Shown here: positions 46,305 through 54,973 of the stretch, one piece after another | Layout: every line of letters begins with the position of its first letter | Numbering within the stretch: position 1 is the first letter of the stretch | Source of the DNA: Ruminococcus sp. | GTDB taxonomy: Bacteria > Bacillota > Clostridia > Oscillospirales > Ruminococcaceae | Direction: 5' to 3' | Length of the DNA: 64,000 bases | Assembly (NCBI GenBank): GCA_017450925.1 | Contig: JAFSSS010000081.1 | Coordinates: 18,090-82,089, forward strand | The notes under the pieces: model-generated | What the model was told of the DNA's origin: nothing | Databases searched by the model: none | The model's input: the letters and a program-made list of their open reading frames with translations, nothing else | Program-made: the position numbers and the translations under genes

Positions 46305-47429
46305 AATCGCGTTGTCTGCGATCATGCTGTAGCTCCCGAGGAATTTGAAGTAGGAAAGCTCGTATTCCAGCTCTGCCAAAAGCTTGGCTACAGGTGGAGA
46401 CTGCAGCGAGCCCTCAAAGTCAAGATAGAATACTACGTCAAAATCCGTGTTCGCAATGGGACGTGATTCTATCATCGTAAGGTTCAGCCCCGCCGCAGAG
46501 AATTTCGTCAGCAGACGGTACAGCGAGGAGGATTCGTGGGGCAGCGCCAGCGATACCGATACGGTGTCCGCATCCGCAGGGCAGAGGGTCTTCTTCGAGA
46601 TCAAGATGAACCGAGTATAGTTCTGGTCGGCATTGGCAATGCCCCGGGCAATGACCTCAAGCCCCTGTTCGGCTGCGCATTCCTCCGAACAGATAGCGCC
46701 GCAGGGCTTGCTGCTTTCAGCCACAAGCTTTGCCGCAAGAGAGGTGTTCTCGCAGCGGTGGGGATGCAGCCCCTTTTCGGAGATGAACTGTGAGCATTGC
46801 ATCAGCGCTTGATCGTGGCTCCATACCTCCTTTATATCCTCCGCACTCACGCCTTTTTTCGCCGCAAGGCAGTGGGATATTTTCAGCTTGCAGGTTGAGC
46901 AGATCTTCAGATCAAATTCTCTAAGCAGCTCGTAGGTCTGTCCCACAGAGCCCGCAGTCGAGTTGACTATAGGAACTACGCCGAATGCCGCCTCTCCGCT
47001 GTCAACGGCTCTGAAAACCTCAGGGAAGGAGTCATAGAACCTCGGCGTGAATTTATCCGAAAACTTTCTGCAGGCAAAATGTGAGTATGCCCCGCTTATT
47101 CCCGGCACAGCGCAGACCGCCGGCCTTGTCAGGTCAAGCGGCTCGCTCTTCGGCGGCTTACGGTCACTGAATACCCGCTCAAACTGCAGGGTCTTTGAAA
47201 TGTCCATGATCGTAGTGAACAGCACACCGGCTCCGCCCTTTAGCTCCTCCGGCATATCGCCCCTTACACGTTCAAGTATTTCGTTTTCCCGCCCTGCCTG
47301 AAACACCGGCAGACCGTTTTTCAGCTTGTATTCCGCCACATCGCAGCACAGACCCATACGCTTGACAAACAATTCCTCTATCTGCCTGTCGATCTCGTTA
47401 ATTCCCTGTCTTATTTCGTTTAGCTCCAT
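46302..47429 (-). CDS. pheA: Bifunctional chorismate mutase/prephenate dehydratase
   Basis: LNEIRQGINEID, GAYSH, PIVNSTAG, SHDQALMQC, NYTRF, ACT IESRP. Confidence 0.93.
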   Translation of the reverse strand: MELNEIRQGINEIDRQIEELFVKRMGLCCDVAEYKLKNGLPVFQAGRENEILERVRGDMPEELKGGAGVLFTTIMDISKTLQFERVFSDRKPPKSEPLDLTRPAVCAVPGISGAYSHFACRKFSDKFTPRFYDSFPEVFRAVDSGEAAFGVVPIVNSTAGSVGQTYELLREFDLKICSTCKLKISHCLAAKKGVSAEDIKEVWSHDQALMQCSQFISEKGLHPHRCENTSLAAKLVAESSKPCGAICSEECAAEQGLEVIARGIANADQNYTRFILISKKTLCPADADTVSVSLALPHESSSLYRLLTKFSAAGLNLTMIESRPIANTDFDVVFYLDFEGSLQSPPVAKLLAELEYELSYFKFLGSYSMIADNAI

Positions 47430-47433
47430 AATA

Positions 47434-48084
47434 TCATTCCTTTTCCAATAGACCGATTACCCTGTCAAGGCTTTCACAGCAGCCGTAAAGCAGCGGCCTT
47501 ATATCCTCCGTCGGTTCTGTCTGATCGGGTATCATCACTACGTTCAGCCCTGCAGTGGCCGCAGAGATCACGCCGTTGGGCGAGTCCTCCAGCGCAAGAC
47601 ATTCCCGTGGGTCAAGCCCCAGCCTTTCGCAGGCGTTTATGTAGATGTAGGGTGCGGGCTTGCCGACCTTGACCATGTTCCCGCAGATAAGCTCGTCAAA
47701 CTTGTCAAGCACTCCGACCTCCGTCAGGTATTTCTTTGTCTGCTCAATGTCGGTATTAGTGCATACGGCTCTTTTTATGCCGTTATCCTTGAGCCAGTCC
47801 AGCAGCTTGTCCAGCCCCTTTTTCTTGGGGATGCCATGCTCTGCCAAATATGCGTTCATAAGCTCTATCCGATGCGCCCTCACAGCTTGATAGTCGAAAT
47901 CCTCTCCCAGCTCCCTTTTCAGATAGGGCTCGGAGTAATATCTGCACATCGACCTTATAGCCAGCGGATGATGCGGCTTCATTTCAAAGCCGAAGTCAGC
48001 AGAGGCCTGCCGCCAGAAGCGGTTGAGTATCACCTCAGTGTCCAGCATAAGGCCGTCCATATCAAAAATGACTGCTTTTATCAT
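47434..48084 (-). CDS. HAD-family phosphatase (beta-PGM-like)
   Basis: IFDMDGLMLDTE, GKPAP, LEDSPNG. Confidence 0.9.
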   Translation of the reverse strand: MIKAVIFDMDGLMLDTEVILNRFWRQASADFGFEMKPHHPLAIRSMCRYYSEPYLKRELGEDFDYQAVRAHRIELMNAYLAEHGIPKKKGLDKLLDWLKDNGIKRAVCTNTDIEQTKKYLTEVGVLDKFDELICGNMVKVGKPAPYIYINACERLGLDPRECLALEDSPNGVISAATAGLNVVMIPDQTEPTEDIRPLLYGCCESLDRVIGLLEKE

Positions 48085-48199
48085 ATTTCCCCCTTGGATG
48101 ACTGCTTTCTGATCGTATCAGTTTTACACATTCCTGCAAGTCCGTGCATGAAAGAGCATAAAACACAAATACGGCAGGGAAGACCTGCCGCAGCTGTGA

Positions 48200-49450
48200 T
48201 TATTCGTCGTCGTCAACCTCTGTGCTTACGCCGTCAACTCTGCGTCTGCCGACCGGCCACTGTCTGTAGTCAGTGTAGTCAGCGTTGTAGTTGCTGTCGA
48301 AGTCCTTGGCCTCTGCAAACAACGGGTCAAACAGCTTGCCCTCGACCGTGAACCAGCAGTGAGAGGTGTCGTGGCAGATATAGATGTTCTTGTAGCCTAT
48401 CTCTCTGATAAGGAACGCCGCCGCCGAGGAGTCGGATACGCAGCAGCCGCTGCCGCGCTCAAAGATATCGTTGGCAAAGGTGATCTCCCAGTCGGGGGAG
48501 GTATCGTATATCTCGGACAGCAGTCTCCAGCGGTGATAGCCGTGTTCGTACATCTCCCAATTGAACAGCTTGAGGCGCTTTTCCTCCATAGTGTCGGTCG
48601 GCTCGGTCTGCTCCAGCATGATCTTGTGAGCCGTCATCATGGTGGTGATCTTATATACGTTGTAATCAGAGATCTCCGCCTTGCCCTCGGCATCAACATT
48701 GATCCCGTCCACCTGTCCGTCGGTCATCATAAAGCCGTCGATACGGTCAAAGCAGTAGTAGTCGTCCCCGACCTTCTGCCAGCCGGTCTGCATAACGCCG
48801 TCCTCGTCGAAGAAGTATTTCTCTCCCTCTATCTCGGTGATGCCCTTGCTAAGCTCGCCGTTGTAGTAGTATTTAAGGCCGTCCTTTTCCTCCCAGCCCA
48901 CGCGGTTGATCTTAAAGGTCTTTACCAGGGTGTTCTTGAAGTCGCCCTTGCCGGTAACGGTGATCGTCGCCTCGCCCGGCTCGGTGTTGTTCTCGATCGT
49001 CATGGTGTAGTCCTTGTTGACGGTCAGTGCCTCGTCATGGAGCATTACAATGATCTCGGGAACGATAGCCTCACCCGTATATTGATAGGACTCCTCAAGA
49101 CCGTTCAGCACTGCACCGCCGATATCGTCATATGGGCGCATCAGCTTGGGAGTGATCTCGTCTTTGTACTCGTCCCCGCAGACCGAGCATTTGTGCAGTG
49201 TATAGCCCTCCTCGTCATAGGTGGGCTCTACCACTGTTTCAACATACTTGTGCGTCTTGGGGATGATGTCTTCATAGGTCTGTCCGCACTCGGTGCAGAT
49301 ATAGTCCGCCAGACCCTCGTGAGTGCAGTCAGCCTCCTTGATCGCCTTATAGGTGTATTGATGAATGTGTTTCTTTCCATATACCGAGATACCCACTGCA
49401 GCACCTACTGCAGAGATTATAACGATCAGAGCCAGAATAGCCTTCTTCAT
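48200..49450 (-). CDS. Membrane-anchored surface protein with Cys/His repeats, an Ig-like repeat, wall-binding repeats and a transglutaminase-like domain
   Basis: N-terminal TM; H..Y...CT..G...Y.C..CG repeats; GSGCC...SHCW...FDP; C-terminus paralogous to 34889..36616. Confidence 0.8.
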   Translation of the reverse strand: MKKAILALIVIISAVGAAVGISVYGKKHIHQYTYKAIKEADCTHEGLADYICTECGQTYEDIIPKTHKYVETVVEPTYDEEGYTLHKCSVCGDEYKDEITPKLMRPYDDIGGAVLNGLEESYQYTGEAIVPEIIVMLHDEALTVNKDYTMTIENNTEPGEATITVTGKGDFKNTLVKTFKINRVGWEEKDGLKYYYNGELSKGITEIEGEKYFFDEDGVMQTGWQKVGDDYYCFDRIDGFMMTDGQVDGINVDAEGKAEISDYNVYKITTMMTAHKIMLEQTEPTDTMEEKRLKLFNWEMYEHGYHRWRLLSEIYDTSPDWEITFANDIFERGSGCCVSDSSAAAFLIREIGYKNIYICHDTSHCWFTVEGKLFDPLFAEAKDFDSNYNADYTDYRQWPVGRRRVDGVSTEVDDDE

Positions 49451-49679
49451 TTCTCAACCCTCTTTTGTGTTCATTACTTTCCTGTATGACTGTTTGTGTA
49501 TGCGTAATTTTAACATATCTTTTATTATAGTATATTCCGAGGCTTTTGTCAAGAGAAAATGCGGCTGTCGGATAACTTCCGAAGCAAAAAATATTTCCCT
49601 GTCCGTATTGAAAAATCCGACAGGATATGCTATAATATATGATGTATAATTATTTCACAGCAAAAGAGGTAATCCTTTT

Positions 49680-51173
49680 ATGAACAATTTCGACGTTATC
49701 ATTGTCGGCTGCGGAGCCGCGGGACTTTACGGCGCTTTGAATCTTGATCCCTCTCTGAAGGTGCTGGTGCTTTCAAAAAGGGAGCTGACACTCTGCAATT
49801 CCTCCCTTGCTCAAGGCGGTATCGCCGGCGTTTACAACAGCCCCGAGGATTCTCCCGAGCTTCACAAGCACGATACCTTCATCGCCGGCGGCTATGAAAA
49901 CGACCCTGTCTCTACAGATGTCCTTGTCAACGAGGCAAAAATAGATATCGCAAGGATAATCGAGCTGGGCTGCGATTTCGATAAGCTCCCCAACGGCGAT
50001 TATCACCGCACCTTAGAGGGCGGCCACGGTATGCACCGCATCTTCCACCATAAGGACGCTACCGGCTTCGAGATCGAGACCACGCTCCTCCGCAACGTTC
50101 AGCAAAAGGAAAATGTCACTATCTGGGAAAATGCAGTCATGACCCGTATCCGCCGTACAAAAACGGGCTTTTCCCTGCTGGTGCTCAAAGACGATGATTT
50201 CGTCCCCTGCGCCTGTCATTTCTGTATTTTTGCTACCGGCGGTATCGGCAGAGTGTATGAATATACCACCAACTCCGCTATTGCCACCGGCGACGGCATT
50301 GCTGCGGCCTACCGCCTCGGTGCCGAGATAAAGAATCTAAGCTATATCCAGTTCCACCCAACAGCCTTCAATAACCGCCACACCCGGGAGTGCTTCCTGA
50401 TCTCCGAGGCGGTAAGAGGTGAGGGCGCTTACTTGAAAAACTGTCACCTTGAACGGTTCATGCAGAACTATGACAAGCGGCTCGAGCTGGCTCCGAGAGA
50501 TGTGGTCTCCCACTCGATCATATTCGAGTCAAAAAAGACCGGCAGCGACGAGTTCTATCTTGATATTTCCCATAAGGACCCGGAGTTCGTTAAAAACCGC
50601 TTCCCCATGATCTATAAGAACCTCCTTGAAGCCGGCTACGATATGACCAAGGAGCCTGTGCCGATCTTCCCATGTCAGCACTACCTTATGGGCGGCATCA
50701 AGGTGGATATCTATTCCCGCACCACTATCGACAAGCTCTATGCCTGCGGCGAATGCTCCTGTACAGGCGTTCACGGGAATAACCGCCTCGCCAGCAATTC
50801 TCTGCTTGAAGCTCTTGTGTTTTCGAGAAGAGCTGCCGGAGATATCAATTCACGCGCCGTCGGTATGCCGCAGGATTATGTTGACTATAAGTTCACCATG
50901 CCCACCTCCGAGGAGCATATCCCCAAGGGCATCCGCACCGAGATCAGACATATCATGCAGTCGGCCTATTTCGTTATGCCCGATATCAAAGCCCTTGCCG
51001 ACGGCTACGAGCGCATAATCGAGATAAAGCAGCTCCTTGACCGGGGCAGCTTTAAGCTCGACCGTGACTATGTCGAGGCGAGGAGCCTTGCCACTGTCGC
51101 CTTTATCGTCCTCGGCGAGGCTTATCAGATCGCCTTCGGCAGTGTGGATATCGACTACGAATCGGGCTTCTGA
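49680..51173 (+). CDS. nadB: L-aspartate oxidase
   Basis: GCGAAG, SSLAQGG, EGGH, QFHPT, LISEAVRGEG, ELAPRD, GVHGNNRLASNSLLE. Confidence 0.94.
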   Translation: MNNFDVIIVGCGAAGLYGALNLDPSLKVLVLSKRELTLCNSSLAQGGIAGVYNSPEDSPELHKHDTFIAGGYENDPVSTDVLVNEAKIDIARIIELGCDFDKLPNGDYHRTLEGGHGMHRIFHHKDATGFEIETTLLRNVQQKENVTIWENAVMTRIRRTKTGFSLLVLKDDDFVPCACHFCIFATGGIGRVYEYTTNSAIATGDGIAAAYRLGAEIKNLSYIQFHPTAFNNRHTRECFLISEAVRGEGAYLKNCHLERFMQNYDKRLELAPRDVVSHSIIFESKKTGSDEFYLDISHKDPEFVKNRFPMIYKNLLEAGYDMTKEPVPIFPCQHYLMGGIKVDIYSRTTIDKLYACGECSCTGVHGNNRLASNSLLEALVFSRRAAGDINSRAVGMPQDYVDYKFTMPTSEEHIPKGIRTEIRHIMQSAYFVMPDIKALADGYERIIEIKQLLDRGSFKLDRDYVEARSLATVAFIVLGEAYQIAFGSVDIDYESGF

Positions 51174-51174
51174 T

Positions 51175-51594
51175 ATGAATAACAATTCTGTAAAACGTGC
51201 GATAGTCACACTGTTCGCTGTCAGCTATTATATGCTTTATGCGCTTTTGCTGGTGATACTTGAACCGTTCATCGTTGTGAAGATACTGCTGATGCTTCCC
51301 TTTGCATTCATCGCCCATGGGCTCCAGCTTTTCCTGACTATCGGCAGCAAGGATAAGTCCGCACCCTTTACGGTGTTAGACATCGGCTCCTTCGGCATGA
51401 TGATGCCGGCGATAATATATCTGCTGCTCGGACTGTTCAACTTTGCAAATCTGCGCTGGACTCTTGTGCTGACAGCCGTGACAGCTTTTTTTACTCTGAT
51501 ATTCGACAGCTTTCTTGAAGCAGTCTCCGGCCGCAGAAGGTTTAACGATGACGGCGGGGATGATGATAATGATAAAGACAATAAAGGAGAATAA
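51175..51594 (+). CDS. Small four-TM hypothetical membrane protein
   Basis: ATG 1 nt after the nadB stop; four hydrophobic segments; acidic tail. Confidence 0.7.
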   Translation: MNNNSVKRAIVTLFAVSYYMLYALLLVILEPFIVVKILLMLPFAFIAHGLQLFLTIGSKDKSAPFTVLDIGSFGMMMPAIIYLLLGLFNFANLRWTLVLTAVTAFFTLIFDSFLEAVSGRRRFNDDGGDDDNDKDNKGE

Positions 51595-51597
51595 CTG

Positions 51598-52437
51598 ATG
51601 AGACTTATGCAGTTTCAGATCGACGATATCATAAAGACCGCGCTGAATGAAGATATCAATTACATCGACGTTACCACCGATTATCTGGTGGATGACAGCG
51701 CAGTCGCCACGGCCAAATATGTTGCCAAGGACAGCGGCATCCTATGCGGTATAGATATCGCGCTAAGAGTTTTTACCCTGCTGGACGATACCGCCTCCTT
51801 TGAGGTGTTCATCCGTGACGGCGAAGAGGTGAAAAAGGGCGACATCATCGCTAAGATCACCTGCCATACCCGGGCGCTCCTTAAGGGAGAAAGAACAGCC
51901 CTCAATCTGATACAGCACCTCTCCGGCATCGCTACCGAGACAAACCGCTGTGTCCGCCTTGTTGAGGGCACAAAGGCATCTGTCGCCGACACGAGAAAAA
52001 CACTGCCGGGGCTGCGCGTCCTTCAGAAATATGCCGTTACCGTCGGGGGAGGGAAGAACCACCGCTATAACCTCTCTGACTGCGCAATGCTTAAAGATAC
52101 TCACCTTGATGCCTACGGCTCGATGACCGGTGCAGTAAATGCACTTCGTGAGAAAATGGGTCATACTGTCAAGATTGAGGTAGAGGTCGCTGACCTCGAT
52201 GAACTGAGGGAGGCTCTTGATCTCGGCGTCGAGATCATCATGCTTGACAATATGTCCTGCGAGGAGATGTCTAAGGCTGTACAGCTCACCGCCGGACGCG
52301 CCAAGCTTGAAGCCTCCGGCAACGTTACTCACGATACCATAAGAGCGATCGCCGAGACAGGCGTTGACATAATCTCCATGGGTGCGCTGACCCATTCCGT
52401 CAAGGCCTTTGACATCAGTATGAAGATAGACAAATGA
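51598..52437 (+). CDS. nadC: Nicotinate-nucleotide diphosphorylase (carboxylating)
   Basis: GERTALN, DTRKTLPG, NHR, EVEV, IMLDNM, EASG, GALTHS. Confidence 0.96.
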   Translation: MRLMQFQIDDIIKTALNEDINYIDVTTDYLVDDSAVATAKYVAKDSGILCGIDIALRVFTLLDDTASFEVFIRDGEEVKKGDIIAKITCHTRALLKGERTALNLIQHLSGIATETNRCVRLVEGTKASVADTRKTLPGLRVLQKYAVTVGGGKNHRYNLSDCAMLKDTHLDAYGSMTGAVNALREKMGHTVKIEVEVADLDELREALDLGVEIIMLDNMSCEEMSKAVQLTAGRAKLEASGNVTHDTIRAIAETGVDIISMGALTHSVKAFDISMKIDK

Positions 52438-52991
52438 GCAGATACAGAAGTTCAAAGCCCATGACCCGCCGGGGTAAGATCGCCCTCTGCGTTTTTACGT
52501 TGATCTTCGGTCTGATATTTGCCACTGTGGGCGGTGTCGTCATCGGCGGATATATTGGTGAAAAGAACCGCTGTACCTTTGAGACGCAGGGCGTGGTGGT
52601 CGAGCTTAAGGCCTATACCACCTCCTCAAGAAAAAGCTCACACCGCACCTCTTATCATCCAGTGTATTCCTACGAGTATAACGGCCAGACCTATACGCAT
52701 ACCGATCAGGTCGGCTCAAATCCTCCCGCCTTTACTGCGGGGCAGAGGCTTACGATAATGGTCAATCCCGACGACCCGACAGAGATCTACGTTCCCGACA
52801 GCAAGGCCGGCTGGTTTGCCGGAGGTGCGTTTGCGGCTATAGGCTTGGTCGTTATGCTGGTGTCCTTTATCATTATGATAAGGATACTCAAAAGACCCGA
52901 CAAATATATGACTATCGAGGACGAGCTGAAGGAATACAGCCGGGAGAGAGAACAGACCCGCTATCCCGACCCCGACGACTATTTCAAGTGA
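52434..52991 (+). CDS. DUF3592-type membrane protein
   Basis: TM - (G.VV...Y.P.Y.Y..NG..Y...G....I.VNP.DP) - TM. Confidence 0.75.
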   Translation: MSRYRSSKPMTRRGKIALCVFTLIFGLIFATVGGVVIGGYIGEKNRCTFETQGVVVELKAYTTSSRKSSHRTSYHPVYSYEYNGQTYTHTDQVGSNPPAFTAGQRLTIMVNPDDPTEIYVPDSKAGWFAGGAFAAIGLVVMLVSFIIMIRILKRPDKYMTIEDELKEYSREREQTRYPDPDDYFK

Positions 52992-53004
52992 AAGGAGCAT
53001 CTGT

Positions 53005-53793
53005 ATGGGTGGAATACTTGACGGCGAAAGACAGTATCATATACAAACTCTTCCCGAAGAGGTGGGAAGATATGTTATCCTTGCCGGCGACCCCGGCAGG
53101 ATACCTAAGATAATCAGCTATTTTAACAACGCCGTGCAGGTGGCCTACAACCGGGAATACAACGTATATACCGGCACCCTTGACGGCGTTAAGGTCACAG
53201 CCTGCTCCACGGGCATCGGCGGCCCCTCTTCGGCTATCGCTGTGGAGGAGCTTGTCAAGTGCGGAGCAGATACATTCATCCGTGTCGGGACCGCCGGCGG
53301 CATCGCAGACCAGGTTCGCGGCGGAGACCTTGTGATCGCATCAGCCGCTGTATGCGGTGAGGGCACCAGCCGGGAATATCTCCCCTCGGGCTATCCCGCT
53401 GCCGCTGATTTTGACGTGACCTATCACTTGGGTCTTGCCGCAAGGGAGCTTAGCGAGGATAAGGACGGCTGCCGCTGTCATGTGGGCATTGTCCATTCCA
53501 AGGACAGCTTTTACGGACAGGTAGCGCCGGAGACCTCTCCCGTATCCTATCTGCTGCACAACCGCTGGGAGAGCTATAAACGCCTCGGCTGTCTCTGCTC
53601 CGAAATGGAATGTGCCTCGATCTATGCCGTAGGACTTGCCCGCAGGGTGCGCTGCGGCGCGGTGCTGCTGGCAATATGGAATATGGAGCGTACCTATTCC
53701 GGCGAGGATGATACCAAGAACCTTGACACCGACCGGGCTATCCGCTGCGCTGTTGAGGCGGTAAGAAAGCTGATCGCTGCTGACAGAAAATAA
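53005..53793 (+). CDS. udp: Uridine/nucleoside phosphorylase
   Basis: YHI, GDPGR, STGIGGPS, IRVGTAG, DSFYGQ, EME. Confidence 0.85.
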   Translation: MGGILDGERQYHIQTLPEEVGRYVILAGDPGRIPKIISYFNNAVQVAYNREYNVYTGTLDGVKVTACSTGIGGPSSAIAVEELVKCGADTFIRVGTAGGIADQVRGGDLVIASAAVCGEGTSREYLPSGYPAAADFDVTYHLGLAARELSEDKDGCRCHVGIVHSKDSFYGQVAPETSPVSYLLHNRWESYKRLGCLCSEMECASIYAVGLARRVRCGAVLLAIWNMERTYSGEDDTKNLDTDRAIRCAVEAVRKLIAADRK

Positions 53794-53798
53794 AATAA

Positions 53799-53833
53799 GC
53801 CCTCACAGCTTCGCAGCCGTGAGGGCAGTTTTT
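53799..53833. terminator. Terminator between convergent genes
   Basis: GCCCTCACAGCT-TCGC-AGCCGTGAGGGC. Confidence 0.7.
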
Positions 53834-53836
53834 GTA

Positions 53837-54598
53837 TCACGAATAATCAACAACATCTATCCAGCGCAGCAGAAATTCCTTTTCAGATTCAATGCCCTTG
53901 TCAAGCTGTGCCGCCGCAACGATAGGCAGCCACTGCTGAACATAGCGCTTTGAGGTGGAGGTCCTTACGCAGTATTTCTCAAGAAATGCATCAGCGATCT
54001 CCGGCATATGCAGCTTCAGCAGCAGATAGGTCTTTGCAGCGTCCGCCGAGGCGTTTCCCTGTCGGGCGTGTCCCCAGTTGATAACATAGGTCCCCTGATC
54101 GTTTATGATAACATTTTTCGGCTCAAAGCTGTTGTGGCAGAGCTTAATGTGCTTGGGCATGGAGTCAAGACGGGTCAGCAGCTCGTACTTCTTGATCTCG
54201 TCGATCTGCCCGAGGCTCTTGATCTGGCGGGACATCTTGTCCTTTAGCTTGGAAAGCAGCGGCATATACTGATCGTGGATCTCTACCTGTACGTCGATCA
54301 GCTTGTCAAGATAGGTGTCCATTTTGTCGGGGTTCTTTTTCATCAGCTGTTCGAGAGTGTCACCCTCTATCCAGTCCATTACGTTGCACCATTTTCCGTC
54401 GATGACCATTACCTCGTGCAGCGTAGCCATTTTAATGGTTGAGTTGCAGAGAGTGGTCTCAACTCTTGCATGGGTCAAGGCAGCGTAAAGGCACTTCTCC
54501 TTATACTCCGGCTTCTTATAGACGTTGACAGCGCTTCCGTCCGAGGATTTGTAGATGTCATAGAAATCGTTTTGAGCGATAAGTTCCTTCAGTTCCAT
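53837..54598 (-). CDS. APH/choline-kinase-fold protein with substituted catalytic motifs
   Basis: LCHNSFEPKNV (normally HGD..P.N) and INW (normally IDW); GNASADAAKTYL. Confidence 0.75.
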   Translation of the reverse strand: MELKELIAQNDFYDIYKSSDGSAVNVYKKPEYKEKCLYAALTHARVETTLCNSTIKMATLHEVMVIDGKWCNVMDWIEGDTLEQLMKKNPDKMDTYLDKLIDVQVEIHDQYMPLLSKLKDKMSRQIKSLGQIDEIKKYELLTRLDSMPKHIKLCHNSFEPKNVIINDQGTYVINWGHARQGNASADAAKTYLLLKLHMPEIADAFLEKYCVRTSTSKRYVQQWLPIVAAAQLDKGIESEKEFLLRWIDVVDYS

Positions 54599-54864
54599 TA
54601 TGATACTCCTTTACATATATCTTTATATATATTGTAGCACAAAATCTTGAAAAGTCAAGTGATTTTTGTAGAATTTGATAATGTTTATTATTGCATAATA
54701 CCCTGTTTACTATTCGTTATCATATATGACCGAAAGCATGACTATTATGCCGGAGAAGTAATATCAAACCGCGAAAATGCGCCGATATGCATACTTTCTG
54801 GGGACTTTGTGAATAATGAATAAGAAAGGAGTTCAAAAAAAAATAAAGGTGTGCAAAAAGGGAA

Positions 54865-54893
54865 TTGACAAAAAAATAACAAACTGATATAAT
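54865..54893 (+). promoter_or_regulatory. adhE sigma-A promoter overlapped by a Rex-like box
   Basis: TTGACA-N17-TATAAT with TG extension; TTGACAA-AAAA-ATAACAA (54865-54882) resembles TTGTTAA-N4-TTAACAA. Confidence 0.65.
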
Positions 54894-54973
54894 AAGTGTA
54901 GAATGAAAAAAGAGTATGTTGAGCCGATCCGGTGACGGTAAAAGAATATTATTTGTATGGAGGTTAGTGTCTT

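Noticed and set aside
46160-46466. Short ORFs 46160..46348 and 46167..46466
   Set aside because: They run through the palindrome and antisense into pheA, with no protein-like features, although an AGGAG precedes them
53837-54598. Aminoglycoside resistance kinase
   Set aside because: The catalytic aspartates are absent and the context is housekeeping
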